Source: Eledone cirrhosa (lineage: Eukaryota). Taken from it: 64,000 bases of DNA. The notes under the pieces were generated by a model that was not told the DNA's origin, made no database searches, and worked only from the letters and a program-made list of their open reading frames with translations. Positions 29,363-43,795 of the stretch are shown piece after piece. Within the stretch, counting starts at the first letter, position 1. Every line of letters starts with the position of its first letter. A program made the translations under genes and the position numbers. The stretch lies in assembly GCA_964016885.1 (NCBI GenBank), contig OZ024761.1:21948001-22012000 (forward strand). Reading direction: 5' to 3'.

Positions 29363-30607
29363 GTGTGTGTGTGTGTGTGTTGAAAATATTTTGTTGCCGT
29401 ATTTAATTACCTATCAAACCCTAATTGATCAATCAGTTCTGATCGACGAAATGAACAGAACAATAATCGCATTGATAAATATATTTGTGTGAACAACGCC
29501 AAGTGTTAATAATGGCTGACTCGACTGCTTTTCTTTATTATTAACTTTCCCTGATATCCTGCTGGGATCGATAAATATAACAAATACCAGTGAAGTACTA
29601 CGGCCGGTATTATCGATACCTCAGCCTTCTCTCCTATATTGATTGTCGTGTACCTTAATGAGAAACTAACAGAATGAATAACCGTAGGGGTTAATTTTGT
29701 TTCCGGTTTTTTACGTTGAGATCCCTCACCAAGAGGTAGATCACCTTTCATTCTCTGCCCCCTAGGGTCGATTAGATATTGTATTTTCCCCCCACCAGTG
29801 GAACAATTGTAGGCCACCTCTGCTCATCTGTTTTTTGGGGGTCTGGTGGGGAATAATACTTATTTGAAGAAATAAACGTTTCTAATTTCGATACACGATC
29901 ATCGATTTGGGGGGGGGGGTCTAAATAGATTAAATGGACCCACAATACTTTAGCACCGAGTGGTACTTCACTTTATTGACCCCCCTCCCCCACACACCTG
30001 AAGGATGAAAAGCAAAGTTGGTCTAGGCAAGGATTTGATCTGAAAACAGAGTCGGAAGTGGCGATTCTTTACAACGAATACAGTCTAAACTATTTAAGTG
30101 TCTACGGAAGCTCTTTCTATTAGCTTAACAATAATTGTTGTTTTCTCCTTATTTTTTTATCGTGTTACATTGGCAAATATTGCATTGTGGGTGATTTAAA
30201 TATGGCTGCGCACAGTGAAGTCCATGTGTTGGGCTTGGTAGCTTTATATATATGTATATATATAAAGCACACACCCCCACTCTCAACAGCGTGAACCTAA
30301 TAAACCTTTATTTGTCTGCCTCTCTGTTTTGTTCCCGTCCAAATTTGCACTATATATATATATATACATATATATGTATATATATATGTATATGTGTGTA
30401 GTTGATCTTTTACACTGACTTTGCTGTCAGTATATCACTTCCTGCCACACCATCCCGCCTTCTTTCCTTTTTTATTCCATTTCGAATTCAGTCTGCCCCC
30501 CCCCCCTCTATTTCCTATCAACACAAGTTGAGATAAAATATTTAGGTAAACGTTTGTGTATGTATATATATATATATACACAAACACACATATTACATAT
30601 AAATGTT

Positions 30608-30653
<46 letters not shown>

Positions 30654-30686
30654 TATATACACACACACACATGTACTTACACACCC

Positions 30687-30866
30687 ATAAAATTCATGAT
30701 AAATATCTAAAGTGGTAGAGCACTCAATCCTACGGAGTTGTGGTATACACTTTATATAAATAAATACATATATATAATACATATGTATTTATTTATATAA
30801 AGTGTATACCACAACTCCGTAGGATTGAGTGCTCTACCAACTTTAGATATTTATCATGAATTTTAT
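30687..30866. repeat. Near-perfect ~85-bp-arm inverted repeat in a TA-microsatellite region
   Basis: ataaaattcatgataaatatctaaagtggtagagcactcaatcctacggagttgtggtatacactttatataaataaatacata and its reverse complement, one 1-nt indel, ~10-nt spacer. Confidence 0.92.
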
Positions 30867-31301
30867 ATATATATATATATATATATAAACACACACATAT
30901 GTATATAAGCAGGAAATATTTTTTTAATATTTAGAAATTTCGAATAATATTTAAATTATTAAGTGTTGCTTTTGTTTATTAATTAAATCGTTTATTATAA
31001 TAGCGACCTTCATTTTATTCTCTTTCCCGGATTTTGCGCTAAAAAGATCGCTACTTTCTGTTAATTAAAAACGAATTGACCTATTTAAATAGGTTACGAT
31101 CTCTGCCTACTACTATACACAGACCATATTGTGACTTGATAGTGAACATATATAGCTGTTGTTTTATCAATAAGGCAGGCGCTATCACCTTTTTACTCCA
31201 GTACAAAACTGCCTTATCTCCCCTTGCTTTTGTCATCTTTAGACACATGTGTGTGTATGTATATCTGATCTATATATCTCTCTCACAGCTGTGTGTGTGT
31301 G

Positions 31302-31343
31302 TGTACATCTAAGGTATATATCTGCCACTCTCTCACAGCTGTG

Positions 31344-31375
<32 letters not shown>

Positions 31376-31413
31376 GCTGTGAGAGAGTGGCAGATATATA
31401 CCTTAGATGTACA
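31302..31413. repeat. Perfect 43-bp-arm inverted repeat around a (TA)n(CA)n spacer
   Basis: tgtacatctaaggtatatatctgccactctctcacagctgtgt (31302-31344) and its exact reverse complement (31371-31413). Confidence 0.92.
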
Positions 31414-31535
31414 TACACATATATATATATATATATATATATAAATGAAAATAGAGAAATTAATGTGAGCAAGAAGCCAACAGTATTTCATAATATATAA
31501 GGGACTATAACGTCAAAATGGAAAATAATTAACGT

Positions 31536-31704
31536 AAGAACCAGATGGACCATAACGCACCAAAGTACTCAATACTAAGGGTAGTAGAGTGGGTAATAGG
31601 AAAAAGTATGACCCCGACGGCAGAGCTCAAGCCGTTTTGACTGGGTCCAGAAATAGCCGTCGAAACGGCTTGAGCTCTGCTGTCGGGGTCATACTTTTTC
31701 CTAT
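31536..31704 (+). repeat. Leader plus foldback hairpin element, copy A (46-bp stem 31596-31641/31659-31704, 17-nt loop)
   Basis: The arms are reverse complements except at 2 positions, both G.U on the + strand; leader ggaccataacgcaccaaagtactcaatactaagggtagtagagtgggta. Confidence 0.9.
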
Positions 31705-31772
31705 ATGTATATATGTGTGTGTGTCCGTATGTACATATAATGTATATTTCCGCCTCTCCCTCTCTCTCCCAC

Positions 31773-31805
<33 letters not shown>

Positions 31806-32429
31806 GTGTGAAGGGATGTAATGGATTAAGTGTATTTCCACTCTTGCTTCCCTCCTAGTCTTATAGTCAGTCACATAAATTTTTCTTATTCACCGCAGGC
31901 ACGGCCGACCGACAATGGTGCCTCTCTCTCTATCATTTCCTTCGTTCGTGTCTATTTATTCACCCCAGATTTTTTCTTTCTTCTCTCTCTTCTGAAAATC
32001 TGTTCGTGTGTCGGCGGCAGTTCCGTGATCTCTCTCTCTCTCTCTCTCTCCCTCTCTCTCTCTGCACGAAAGATCTCTTAATGTGGAAGTTGGGAATATT
32101 TATATTAACAATTTCACTTATCTTAGCATTCATTACCAAAAGGGTAACCGAACGTACCCCCACCCCCCATCTCTCTCCCTCCTCTTCATGAAGAATAATA
32201 AGGTGGTAGGGACTTCGAAGTTTATGTTTCTATATAGTGATTTGTACATCGGGTACTATCTACCCTCAATTCTCGTCTTCCTGGTCCACCCACCGTCGAC
32301 ACCCTATATGCATCTACCCACTTCAGGGATAACTGAACCTGATTTTTCTCGACTTTTTATTATTCTCACTTGTGTTGGGACGTACACATTGTGCAAATAA
32401 TCCCATGCCAACCGCTATACATATATATC

Positions 32430-32598
32430 GGGCCCCGACGGCTGAGCTCTTACCGTTTCGCCAGCTAATTCCAGATTGGAATTAACTGTCGAAACGGCAA
32501 GAGCTCAGCCGTTGGGTCCCCCCGATTCTTTCTAATATAGTCACACTCTACTATCCCAACGATCGAGTACTCCGTTGAATAATGGTCCTACTAGTTTA
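32430..32598 (-). repeat. Leader plus foldback hairpin element, copy B (44-bp stem 32430-32473/32477-32520)
   Basis: 5 arm differences and a 3-nt loop; minus-strand leader ggaccattattcaacggagtactcgatcgttgggatagtagagtg. Confidence 0.85.
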
Positions 32599-33786
32599 AT
32601 ACTGGTAGATATATATCTACAGACACACTTACATATATATATCTATATACAGACACACTTACATATATATATATACACACACAGACACAAGCGCGCACAC
32701 ATTGTATTCTGGTGGGTGGGTGTGTCGTATTTGATACACTCAGTCACTTCACTCCTGTGTGCAATGGAGGAAGTATCGCCTGGCTGATGTTGGCTGCCTT
32801 TTTCTACCACAAACACACCACCTTCACCACCACCAATACCACACCACCACACCATACACACGAATGACGTTTCTTCTTACTATTCAACTGTCGGAATGTA
32901 CGCCAACCACTTTACTTATTCTCTCCATCTTACCATTCACCACCACCATATCTATTACATACACTACACCCTACCCACCACCACCACCGCTCTCTCTCCC
33001 ACATATTTACAGACACCGAGACGTGTTGTTGCTGTTATTGTTGCTGCTTCTATTGTATCTTGTTCACTATGTCGCCGTTGTTACAAATCAACTTTTCAAA
33101 CAGACGTTTTGTAAATAAATATTCACATTTCAGCTTCTTTAAAAAAAAAAGATTAAAAAACATTTTGTTTGTTTGTTTGTTACGCTACTTGATATAAGGA
33201 AATGGTTGTTTGCTTGTCTATATTATATGTATCCCGCCGAGGTTGACTTTGCCTTTCATCTTTACGGGGGTCGATAAAATAAAGTACCAGTAATGCACTG
33301 GGTAATTGATGGCCTTGTGCCAAAAAAAAGTAGAAACAATTTATACGTAGCAACAATATGTGGGTGGTGTGAACGGGGAGCGTGTTAGGGGGGGGGGATA
33401 CGTTGATGTTGTGACGGTCATGCCTTGCCAACTGATAGAAAGACATCTTGTTAGTGACGTAAGTGAAAATGTTTGGAATCCCCTCCTCCCCCCTCCCACC
33501 CAACTGGTTACCCTCTCTCCTTTGTTACCCCCTGTCATTAATAGGAAGATAGATTTCTTAAATAGGCAGATTTTAATGTTTGATATGTGGCAGGGTTAGA
33601 TACATACAACACAGACACGCAGGCTCACACGTAAATAAAAAGAAGTGTTTCTTAAATAGGCAGATCTAAAAGGTGAGAGGTTAAGAAGGGGGCAAAGATA
33701 CATATCTATATATATTGTTTAGGGATCAACTATTGACTCCTTGTAACTTTAAATTTGGAGTTTCTCCTTTATATCGACAGGGTCAC

Positions 33787-34100
<314 letters not shown>

Positions 34101-34105
34101 TATAT

Positions 34106-34311
<206 letters not shown>

Positions 34312-34672
34312 AAAATTTAATATACACTTTATTACTGTATTGAGTACTTTACTTACTGTGGTTACCCACGATTGAATCTGGAACGATCTCGCTCACACAC
34401 AGACACACACACATATATGTATTGAGATAAGGGGATGGGGGAAAACCCTGACCGCGGCGCCAAGAGGTTTCGGTATGCTATTGTAATACTAAAATGGGTT
34501 CAGTTGCGGCGGGTGTCGGTGATTAGCGAACTGGTTACGTCTGAAAGGAGGAGGAGGAGGAGGAAGAAGCATATTAAATAAATAAAAATCCTACTGAGCT
34601 GATAGTGACACGGCTGTTTAGTAGTATTACTAATATCAGTCTGATCTGGTCATTGTGTCCGTGTCACCGCTA

Positions 34673-34727
<55 letters not shown>

Positions 34728-34879
34728 TATACACACACAGTCTCTGCTTTGCCCTCTCTCCCCCCCCCCCTCCCCCCTCTCTCTCTTTCACTCTTGGATT
34801 GCTGTCTTCTGTCTTTTCTAACTCCATTAGCAATCACCGCCATCACTTCACTCACCTCTTTACATACACCCTCTCTTCT

Positions 34880-35588
34880 TTCTCTAGCCGTCACCACCAC
34901 CACCACCTCTCTCTCTAGCCACCACCACCTCTCTCTAGCCACCACCACCACCTCTCTCTAGCCACCACCACCACCTCTCTCTAGCCACCACCACCTCTCT
35001 CTAGCCACCACCACCACCTCTCTCTCTAGCCACCACCACCTCTCTCTCTAGCCACCACCTCTCTCTCTAGCCACCACCACTCTCTAACCACTAGCCACCA
35101 CCACTCTCTAACCACTACTACCACCATCGGAACTCTTACTCTCTCCAGCCACCACCGATTTCACTATACCTATTTTTATATCTCTCTCTATCCACCACCA
35201 TCATAGCTATCACTCTCTCCATCCACCACCACCACCATACCTATCTCTCTCTCCATCCACCACCACCATACCTATCTCTCTCTCCATCCACCACCACCAT
35301 ACCTATCTCTCTCTCCATCCACCACCACACCTATCTCTCTCTCCATCCACCACCACCATACCTATCTCTCTCTCCATCCACCACCACCACCACCATACCT
35401 ATCTCTCTCTCTATCCACCACCACCATACCTATCTCTCTCTCCATCCACCACCACCATACCTATCTCTCTCTCCATCCACCACTACCACCATACCTATCT
35501 CTCTCTCTCTGTAGCCATCACCACCATCACCATACCTATTTACGTCTATCCACTGTCATTAAAACACCACCACTACCACCTTCAGCTC

Positions 35589-35638
<50 letters not shown>

Positions 35639-35890
35639 AACCCCACACCTCTTTGACCTAGCTGCTTCTGTCGTCCACACCAACACCATACCACCACCAC
35701 ACGGTCACTATCATCACCACCACCACCACCATCATCACACGGTCACTACCACCATCACCACCACCATCACCACCACCATCACCACCACCATCACTACCAC
35801 CATCACCACCACCATCACCACCACCATCACTACCACCATCACCACCACCATCACTATCACCACCACCACCACCACCACCACCACCATCGT
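34880..35890 (+). repeat. Compound (CCA)n/(CT)n repeats
   Basis: gccaccaccacctctctcta and ccatccaccaccaccatacctatctctct units, then (CCA/TCA)n. Confidence 0.85.
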
Positions 35891-35962
35891 CACTTTTATC
35901 ACATTGCTTTTAAACCCATCAACATTACAGAAGGCTATTTCTGAGATACTCTATATGCTATA

Positions 35963-36034
<72 letters not shown>

Positions 36035-36049
36035 TGTATATGTATATAT

Positions 36050-36083
<34 letters not shown>

Positions 36084-36111
36084 ATATACATACATATATA
36101 TATATATATAT

Positions 36112-36166
<55 letters not shown>

Positions 36167-36173
36167 CATATAT

Positions 36174-36220
<47 letters not shown>

Positions 36221-36257
36221 AGCATAGAAATTATTGTAGCAAGAAGCCAACAATATA

Positions 36258-36455
36258 TATAATTGTTTCTACTTTTGGCACAAGGCCAGCAATTACCTCA
36301 GTGCATTACTGGTACTTTATTTTATAGACTCTTTCGTAAGGATGAACTGCAGAGCTAACCTCGGAGGGATTTGAACTCTGAGCGTAAAGGGCCATAACTC
36401 TATGCTGCAAAGCATGGCATCCGACGCTCTACCGATTACTGCCAAACCACCGCTA
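36258..36455 (-). mobile_element. tRNA-derived SINE family 1, near full length
   Basis: Reverse-complement match to 46675-46865. Confidence 0.82.
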
Positions 36456-37212
36456 TATAATAATACTAATAATAATAATAATAGTTCCCTAATTTAGGCA
36501 GAAGGCCAATAATTTGGGGGGCAGGGGAAAGTCGATTACATTGACCCACCACCACCCTCCTTGCTTCACTGTCCCCCACCCACCCCCTCTCTGTATCTTG
36601 TTTCTCTCCGTCCCTCCCTCCCTTCCTCTCTCTCTCACCACCGCCACTACTAATTCCGACTCTTGATGCGCTCGAACACACATACACAGATTAAACTGAC
36701 AAGACTGTCACACACTCTCTCTCTCTCTCACACACTCTCTCTTTCTCACTCACTCACCTCTCTCTCACACTCTCTCACTCACTCTCTCTCTCTCACTCCA
36801 TGCTCAGACACGGCAGTCTTCGAGACATCTTCGAAACACATTCCAGCATGCCATGCCTTTTAAAATTAATGATTTGTATGCACTTTGGAAATATAATGGC
36901 GGCGATGATGTGATGGTGGCGGCAGCGGTAGTGGTGGCAGGTTGGAGGAGATAGAGTAGTATTAGGAGGAGGAGGAGGTAAAGTAGAAGGTTAAGGAGGA
37001 GGATTAGAATAATAATAATAAAAATAAAAATAATAAATAAAATAAAAGTCTTTCTCATTCATTTGAAAATGTTGCGGGATCGAGGAAAAATACGATCGTC
37101 TCATTCATTTGAAAATGTTGCGGGATCGAGGAAAAATACGATCGAGTTACAATGAAATATATTTGTCAGCTCCCACCTCCTCTTTTTATCCTAGCTTAAA
37201 TCAGTCGTAAAA

Positions 37213-37289
<77 letters not shown>

Positions 37290-37290
<1 letters not shown>

Positions 37291-37562
37291 ATATATATTA
37301 ATTCAAAATATTAATAAATATAGACATTCAACGTAATCAAAATATATTTTATATATATATTTCGGAGGTACTGTGCTGTTTGTTCAGTACGTCCTCCATC
37401 AAATAAAATATATAAATTGATGTGTGACATACCTCAACTGTGCTGATGGTTCAATACCAGTCTTGGCAGTATTAATAACTCCAGAAAACTTTTTTGTTGA
37501 GTGCTTTTAATCTATTGTAAAACTATATTCATTGATTAATCAATGAACCTTGTTTAACTTTT
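37290..37562 (-). mobile_element. Short hammerhead-bearing repeat, copy 2
   Basis: Same ends and same microsatellite flanks as 33890-34100, with extra internal sequence. Confidence 0.65.
37343..37412 (-). ncRNA. Degenerate hammerhead of the same family (core mutated to TTGATGGA)
   Basis: Minus strand: tatattttat-TTGATGGA-ggacgtactg-aacaaacagca-cagtacctcc-GAAA-tatatat-ataaaatata. Confidence 0.65.
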
Positions 37563-37564
37563 GG

Positions 37565-37640
<76 letters not shown>

Positions 37641-37787
37641 AAAAATTGATGAGCAGAACAAACAATGTTTGTTCTGCTCATCAATTTTTATAGTTCTGGT
37701 ATCTCGAATTAGTACCATAGAACAACAATTATATTATAGACACCCTATATATCTCTATGGGTACTTAGTACTCAGTGAGATATTTAC

Positions 37788-37830
<43 letters not shown>

Positions 37831-38147
37831 TATATATAGTGTAAGGGAACAGCTTTGCTTTTGAACATGTTACATTGAAACGACACAATTGTGGACCAGT
37901 TTGATCATTTTCATTTAAGATGTTTGTATTTATCTTAATTGTTCTTTTAGTTTTTATTTGAAGAATGGTGTGTCATAAGGACACCGGAAACCTCCTTAAT
38001 AATGGTTTCTGATTTAGGCAGCACTAGGCCAGCAATTTTGGGGAATGGAAAGTCGATTAGATCGACTCCAGTCTATTACTGGTACTTCATATGGTGAAAC
38101 TAACTCCGTGTTTTTAATATAAAGCACATGGACATGGACATGCACAT

Positions 38148-38182
<35 letters not shown>

Positions 38183-38391
38183 TATATATATATATATTAT
38201 ATATATTTTATTATACATATACAAACGTTTATACCTCATTACACAATGCTTCAAGTGAACTATAACTTCCTCCGTTTGTAATATATATATATATACTATA
38301 TATAGTTTGTATATATATATATATGTTTGTAGTTAATGACCCGAGAGAAAAGGGTACTCCAATACCGAAGTAGAGTTTAAATATTAATTTA

Positions 38392-38445
38392 GGGTCATCT
38401 GATGACCCTGTGATAAACAGGCGAAACTCCAGAGTAATAAGACTC
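38392..38445 (+). ncRNA. Hammerhead motif of a second family, probably impaired
   Basis: gggtcat-CTGATGA-c-cctgt-gataa-acagg-c-GAAA-ctc-ca-gag-TA-ataagactc; GUA site, C.C at the base of stem II, bulged stem I. Confidence 0.6.
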
Positions 38446-38642
38446 ACTGTTTAGCCTTAATATATATATATATATACTATATATAATATATATATATATA
38501 AAGTTAAAAACGATGAAATAAAAAATCAAGTCATTAGAGATATACTTCACTGCTTTACGATCGTTAGTGTGTGTATCCCAATGCAAATGACCACGATAAC
38601 AATAGTCGATCACTATAGCTAATATAGTTAAGGAAATTGGGT

Positions 38643-38836
38643 TTAACCCTTCACCATTCACATAATTATCTCACATAATATCGAATCTATGAGATTTTGA
38701 AAGTATTTATTTTGAGAACAATACCGTAACATCAGATTGAGAGACATCAGTTTGAGTGACCAGTTACAGCCAGTTTCAACAGAAAGAGGTAGAGAATTCT
38801 GGCTGGTTTTGGCTGGTTTGAACATTAAAGGGTTAA
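38643..38836 (+). mobile_element. Unexpanded copy of the same MITE
   Basis: ttaa|cccttcaccattca ... atcgaatctatgagattttga ... tgaacattaaaggg|ttaa. Confidence 0.75.
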
Positions 38837-39601
38837 ACATCCCTGGAGACGTTTTCAGATGTTCCCCGATGTTCAAATCAATCTTTCTTCACACACACTC
38901 ACTCATAGACTTCTACAGTTTCCACTCAAAAGGCATTAGTCATCCCAAGGCTCTCGTAATGATAGATTACACTTGGCCCAAGAGGTGCCACGACATGGCA
39001 CCAAAAATTTGATAACCACATGTTTGCAGAGTCCCCCTTCTCTTTCACTGTATATATATATTTATATACAAGTAATCCCAGTTGAAGGAAGACGACGGAA
39101 AACATGGGTGGAGGTGGTGAGAGCAGACCTCAGATTGCTGAAGCTCACGAAAGAAACGAAGCTATTCAAGTTGTCATATATTTCTCATTTATATACTAGT
39201 ATATAACTATTCCGTTTTCACGCTTAGTTCTAGCTTTCATAAGACATCAATATTGATATTAACTAAGTTAAGGAGCTTGCTTTGTAATAATTAGGATCTT
39301 TAAGTTCAACCCTTTTCTGTAGAAATATTTTGCAAGGATCATTTTCCATAGCCTTAGCTCAACTTATTCTTTATGAGTGTAACTAGATGGACTATATCAG
39401 TAATTCAAAGGTCCTGCCTTGTCATACAGTGTCATACTGAATCTCCTTGAGAATTACATAAGGGTACACACACGTGTGTGTGTGGAATACTCAGCCACTT
39501 ATATTTTAAACTCAGGAGCAGTCTGTTCCTTTCATCAAACACCTGGAATACTGATCGTTATATATATATATATGGGTCAATTTCTGTTTCCTGGATGTCT
39601 C

Positions 39602-39907
39602 CTTCCTGTGGTCATGCAATAGGCTGGTCTGAGGGTGTCCCTAACTCCCTTCCTGTGGTCAGACAATAGGCTGGTCTGAGGGTGTCCCTAACTCTCCCTT
39701 CCTGTGGTCAGACAATAGGCTGGTCTGAGGGTGTCCCTAACTCTCCCTTCCTGTGGTCAGACAATAGGCTGGTCTGAGGGTGTCCCTAACTCTCCCTTCC
39801 TGTGGTCAGACAATAGGCTGGTCTGAGGGTGTCCCTAACTCTCCCTTCCTGTGGTCAGACAATAGGCTGGTCTGAGGGTGTCCCTAACTCTCCCTTCCTG
39901 TGGTCAG
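39602..39907 (+). repeat. 49-bp minisatellite (~6 units)
   Basis: Unit ttcctgtggtcagacaataggctggtctgagggtgtccctaactctccc. Confidence 0.92.
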
Positions 39908-40226
39908 TGCAATCTTCTCTCTTGCACATTACATCTTCTGGTTTCTTTTATGCCCAGTTTTACTTTCTCTTGGCTCATCTCTGCTTTGATGTTCCTGCAC
40001 ATTTACTGTTCACATAATATTTAGAAACCGAAGTCAGTGGCTTCCATAAAGAATATGTTAACGGAAGAGTTAAATATGTATTAATGTGTAGTTTATGAGG
40101 GTGAGATAGTTTCACGAGTGCCATTTATGTTCTGTCTCTTTCATTAGTTTGTCTATATTATTGCTTCGTCTTTAAACTACTTGTTGCACCACCACCACCA
40201 CCACTACTATTACTACTTGTTGACAT

Positions 40227-40257
<31 letters not shown>

Positions 40258-41171
40258 ATGTATATATGTAGCTGTACTTTTCTCACGTGGTGGTGGGGAT
40301 GGTATATGACTTTCTCTTTCTCTTCGGTGACCTTGCTGCTGATTTAAAAAATATTAACATTGTGTGTGTGTGTGTATATATATAATGTGTGTGTATACAA
40401 TTGAAGATTTATTGTTTTCTCCTCTGTAACATTAGTTCTATATAATACAGACAGATATATAGAGAGACATGGTGCTATCTAGTAGATTATAACTACACAG
40501 TGTCAACATGTTGTGCGTGTCGGTTGTATTTGACACCTGCTGCGCCTGTTATTGCAGCTGCACTCTACTGACAACGACAAGTTAAATTTAGCAAAGTTAT
40601 TTTTGAATGAATACTTGTTTAATTAACTCCTAACATCCTGTACCACATGAGACCACATTAGCAAGACCTTCTTGAAAAGTACAAAACAACTCTCAGACTG
40701 CATCAGTTTTATTTTAATACTGTAAATTGCACTGTTGGAGGTCAGTGTATCTCTGTTGCACCCAGTGGTCAAGATGGCGACAATATTGCTGTAGGGAACA
40801 ACTAACAGTACTGCATTAAATATTGCACCTCATGAGGTTTCTTTCTCTAGTGTGTTGAAGGAATATTGATAATTTGGGGACTGGAGCACACTGGAAGTCT
40901 GGATAGCAACTGTTATATATAGCACACAGATCAGTCAATGGATAATATTTAGGCCAGCTTACTCTCTCCTATACTGTCAAGGGACCAAGGACATTGGTCA
41001 GTTAATGCTTGGTATTTAGCCAGCTTACCCTCCCCTTGTACTGTCCAGGGACCAAGGACAGTAGGGTCAGTCAATGGCTGAGATTAGGACCAGAGTTATG
41101 AGGTACAAGAGAAACTATTGCACCGTGGTGGTACGTCAGTGTATTTCATTAGAAATATGGCAACAAACAGG

Positions 41172-41367
41172 TTACTCCATGTTTACTATTATATTTTCAT
41201 GGGAAAGGCTTTACCTCACATAATATCAAATCTATGAGATTTTGATACTATTTATTTTGAGAACAATACATTAACATCAGTATGAGTGGCCATTTATAGC
41301 CGGTTTGAACAGAAAGGGGTGAGATAATTCTGGCCGGATATGGCTGGTTTACATGCTAAAGTGTTAA
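41172..41367 (+). mobile_element. Unexpanded copy of the same MITE
   Basis: aaaggctttacctcacataatatcaaatctatgagattttgat ... gctaaagtg|ttaa. Confidence 0.65.
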
Positions 41368-41780
41368 TGACATAGGCAGTATATTTTATTAGAAATATGG
41401 TAAGAAACATGTTTAAATTAGCCATTAGTGTTGTGGATTTATTTGACGTGTCTTTTCTGTTTTCTCCATCTTCTAACAATAATTCCTGCACAGAAATAAT
41501 TTGATATTTTCACATCTTTTGTCATGTGATCTTGTTTCTTGTGCAGTTTAGTTTAGTTTAGTGTCTTTCTGTGTATTTCTCAACATACACACATGTATAT
41601 ATGTATGTATGTATGTATTTCTATACACACACATTACAACATATATATATATATATTGAGAGAGTGAGAAAAGAAGAAGCCTGGAGTAATATAGGCAGAC
41701 ATAATGACTGTTGTAAAGCATGGCAATGGTTTTCTAATGACCCAGTATAGTGACTCATTGTTTCCACTGATCTTCCTTCC

Positions 41781-41868
<88 letters not shown>

Positions 41869-42024
41869 ATGTAACAGTCATCTGTTTAAGATTCTATCTT
41901 GTCTATATTAGCAGAGTGACTGAATGAAGGAATGGAAGAACAGCAATACTTACAGCACACTTCTCTCCTCATTCTTCTAAACTGTTTGTTGTAAGGCTGA
42001 TGAAAGATAGAGATGATCTCTCCC

Positions 42025-42081
<57 letters not shown>

Positions 42082-42304
42082 GTTTAAAGCTTTATAAACG
42101 CCATTAGAGTTAGAACAGGAGCAGGAAATATTTGCACTTCTTCTTCCTCAATAGATTCTGGGTGGGTTACACAGTATTTATGGCCAAACTGTGGCACAAT
42201 CTATGGCAGGGAGGTGGTACAAATAGTTTTTAGGGCTCCCTCCCTCTCCCCTTACATTTGTATTGTTTGAAACCTTGCGCTCTCTTCTATTCTTTTACTG
42301 ATTT

Positions 42305-43285
42305 CACTCATTTGACTGTGGCCATGCTGTGGCACCATGCTATTAATGGTGTCACTCATTAGACTGTGGCCATGTTGTGGCACCATTCTATTAATGGTGT
42401 CACTCATTAGACTGTGGGCCATAGTGGGGCACCATGCTATTAATGGTGTCACTCATTAGGACTGTGGCCATGTTGTGGCACCATTCTATTAATGGTGTCA
42501 CTCATTAGACTGTGGCCATGCTGTGGCACCATGCTATTAATGGTGTCACTCATTAGACTGTGACCATGTTGTGGCACCATTCTATTAATGGTGTCACTCA
42601 TTAGACTGTGGCCATGTTGTGGCACCATTCTATTAATGGTGTCACTCATTAGACTGTGGCCATAGTGGGGCACCATGCTATTAATGGTGTCACTCATTAG
42701 ACTGTGGCCATGCTGTGGCACCATGCTATTAATGGTGTCACTCATTAAACTGTGGCCATAGTGGGGCACCATGCTATTAATGGTGTCACTCATTAGACTG
42801 TGGCCATGTTGTGGCACCATTCTATTAATGGTGTCACTCATTAGACTGTGGCCATGCTGTGGCACCATGCTATTAATGGTGTCACTCATTAGACTGTGGC
42901 CATGTTGTGGCACCATTCTATTAATGGTGTCACTCATTAGACTGTGGCCATGCTGTGGCACCATGCTATTAATGGTGTCACTCATTAGACTGTGGCCATA
43001 GTGGGGCACCATGCTATTAATGGTGTCACTCATTAGACTGTGGCCATGTTGTGGCACCATTCTATTAATGGTGTCACTCATTAGACTGTGGCCATGCTGT
43101 GGCACCATGCTATTAATGGTGTCACTCATTAGACTGTGGCCATAGTGGGGCAACACACTCTTACCCGTTCTAGTCATTAGACTGTGGCCATACTGGGGCA
43201 ACACACTCTTTTACTGGTTTCACTCATTTGACTGGGGCAATACACTCATATTCGTTTCAGTCACTAGACTGGCCATGCTGGGGCA
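42305..43285 (+). repeat. 48-bp minisatellite inside a family-4 repeat
   Basis: Unit cactcattagactgtggccatgctgtggcaccatgctattaatggtgt, three alternating variants. Confidence 0.92.
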
Positions 43286-43795
43286 CTTATAGTTGATGAA
43301 ACTGGTCCCAGTATTTCTTCAAGTTTTGTACTTATTTTATTGATCTTTTTCTTTTATTGTTGTCGAATTGCCAAGTTACAGGACTTGAAACAGTGAATGT
43401 AAAGACTCACACACACACACGTGTGCACATACACACACTCGTGTACATAAACACACTCGTGTATATGCACACACAACACACACACACACACACACACACA
43501 CTTGTGTATATGCAGACACACATGTACACACACAGACTCGTGTATATGCAGACACACACATATTGCACTAACAGATGCATACACAGAAAGAGAGGTGCAT
43601 ACATACTTAGCCATGATAGGTTTCTGCCACTGACATAGTATTGGATATTTGGCAAGTAGTGGGACTGAAATGTCTTTTGGTTTCAGGATATAAAACTATT
43701 TCTTTTAAAGTGTTTATATTTATCTAAAAATCTGCCAGAGTTTTTGAGGAATACGCCTGGCTCACATGTTCCAAATTTCGGCATGATTTCTACAG

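Noticed and set aside
40770-40781. YY1-like motif caagatggcg
   Set aside because: Single short motif with no supporting promoter context.
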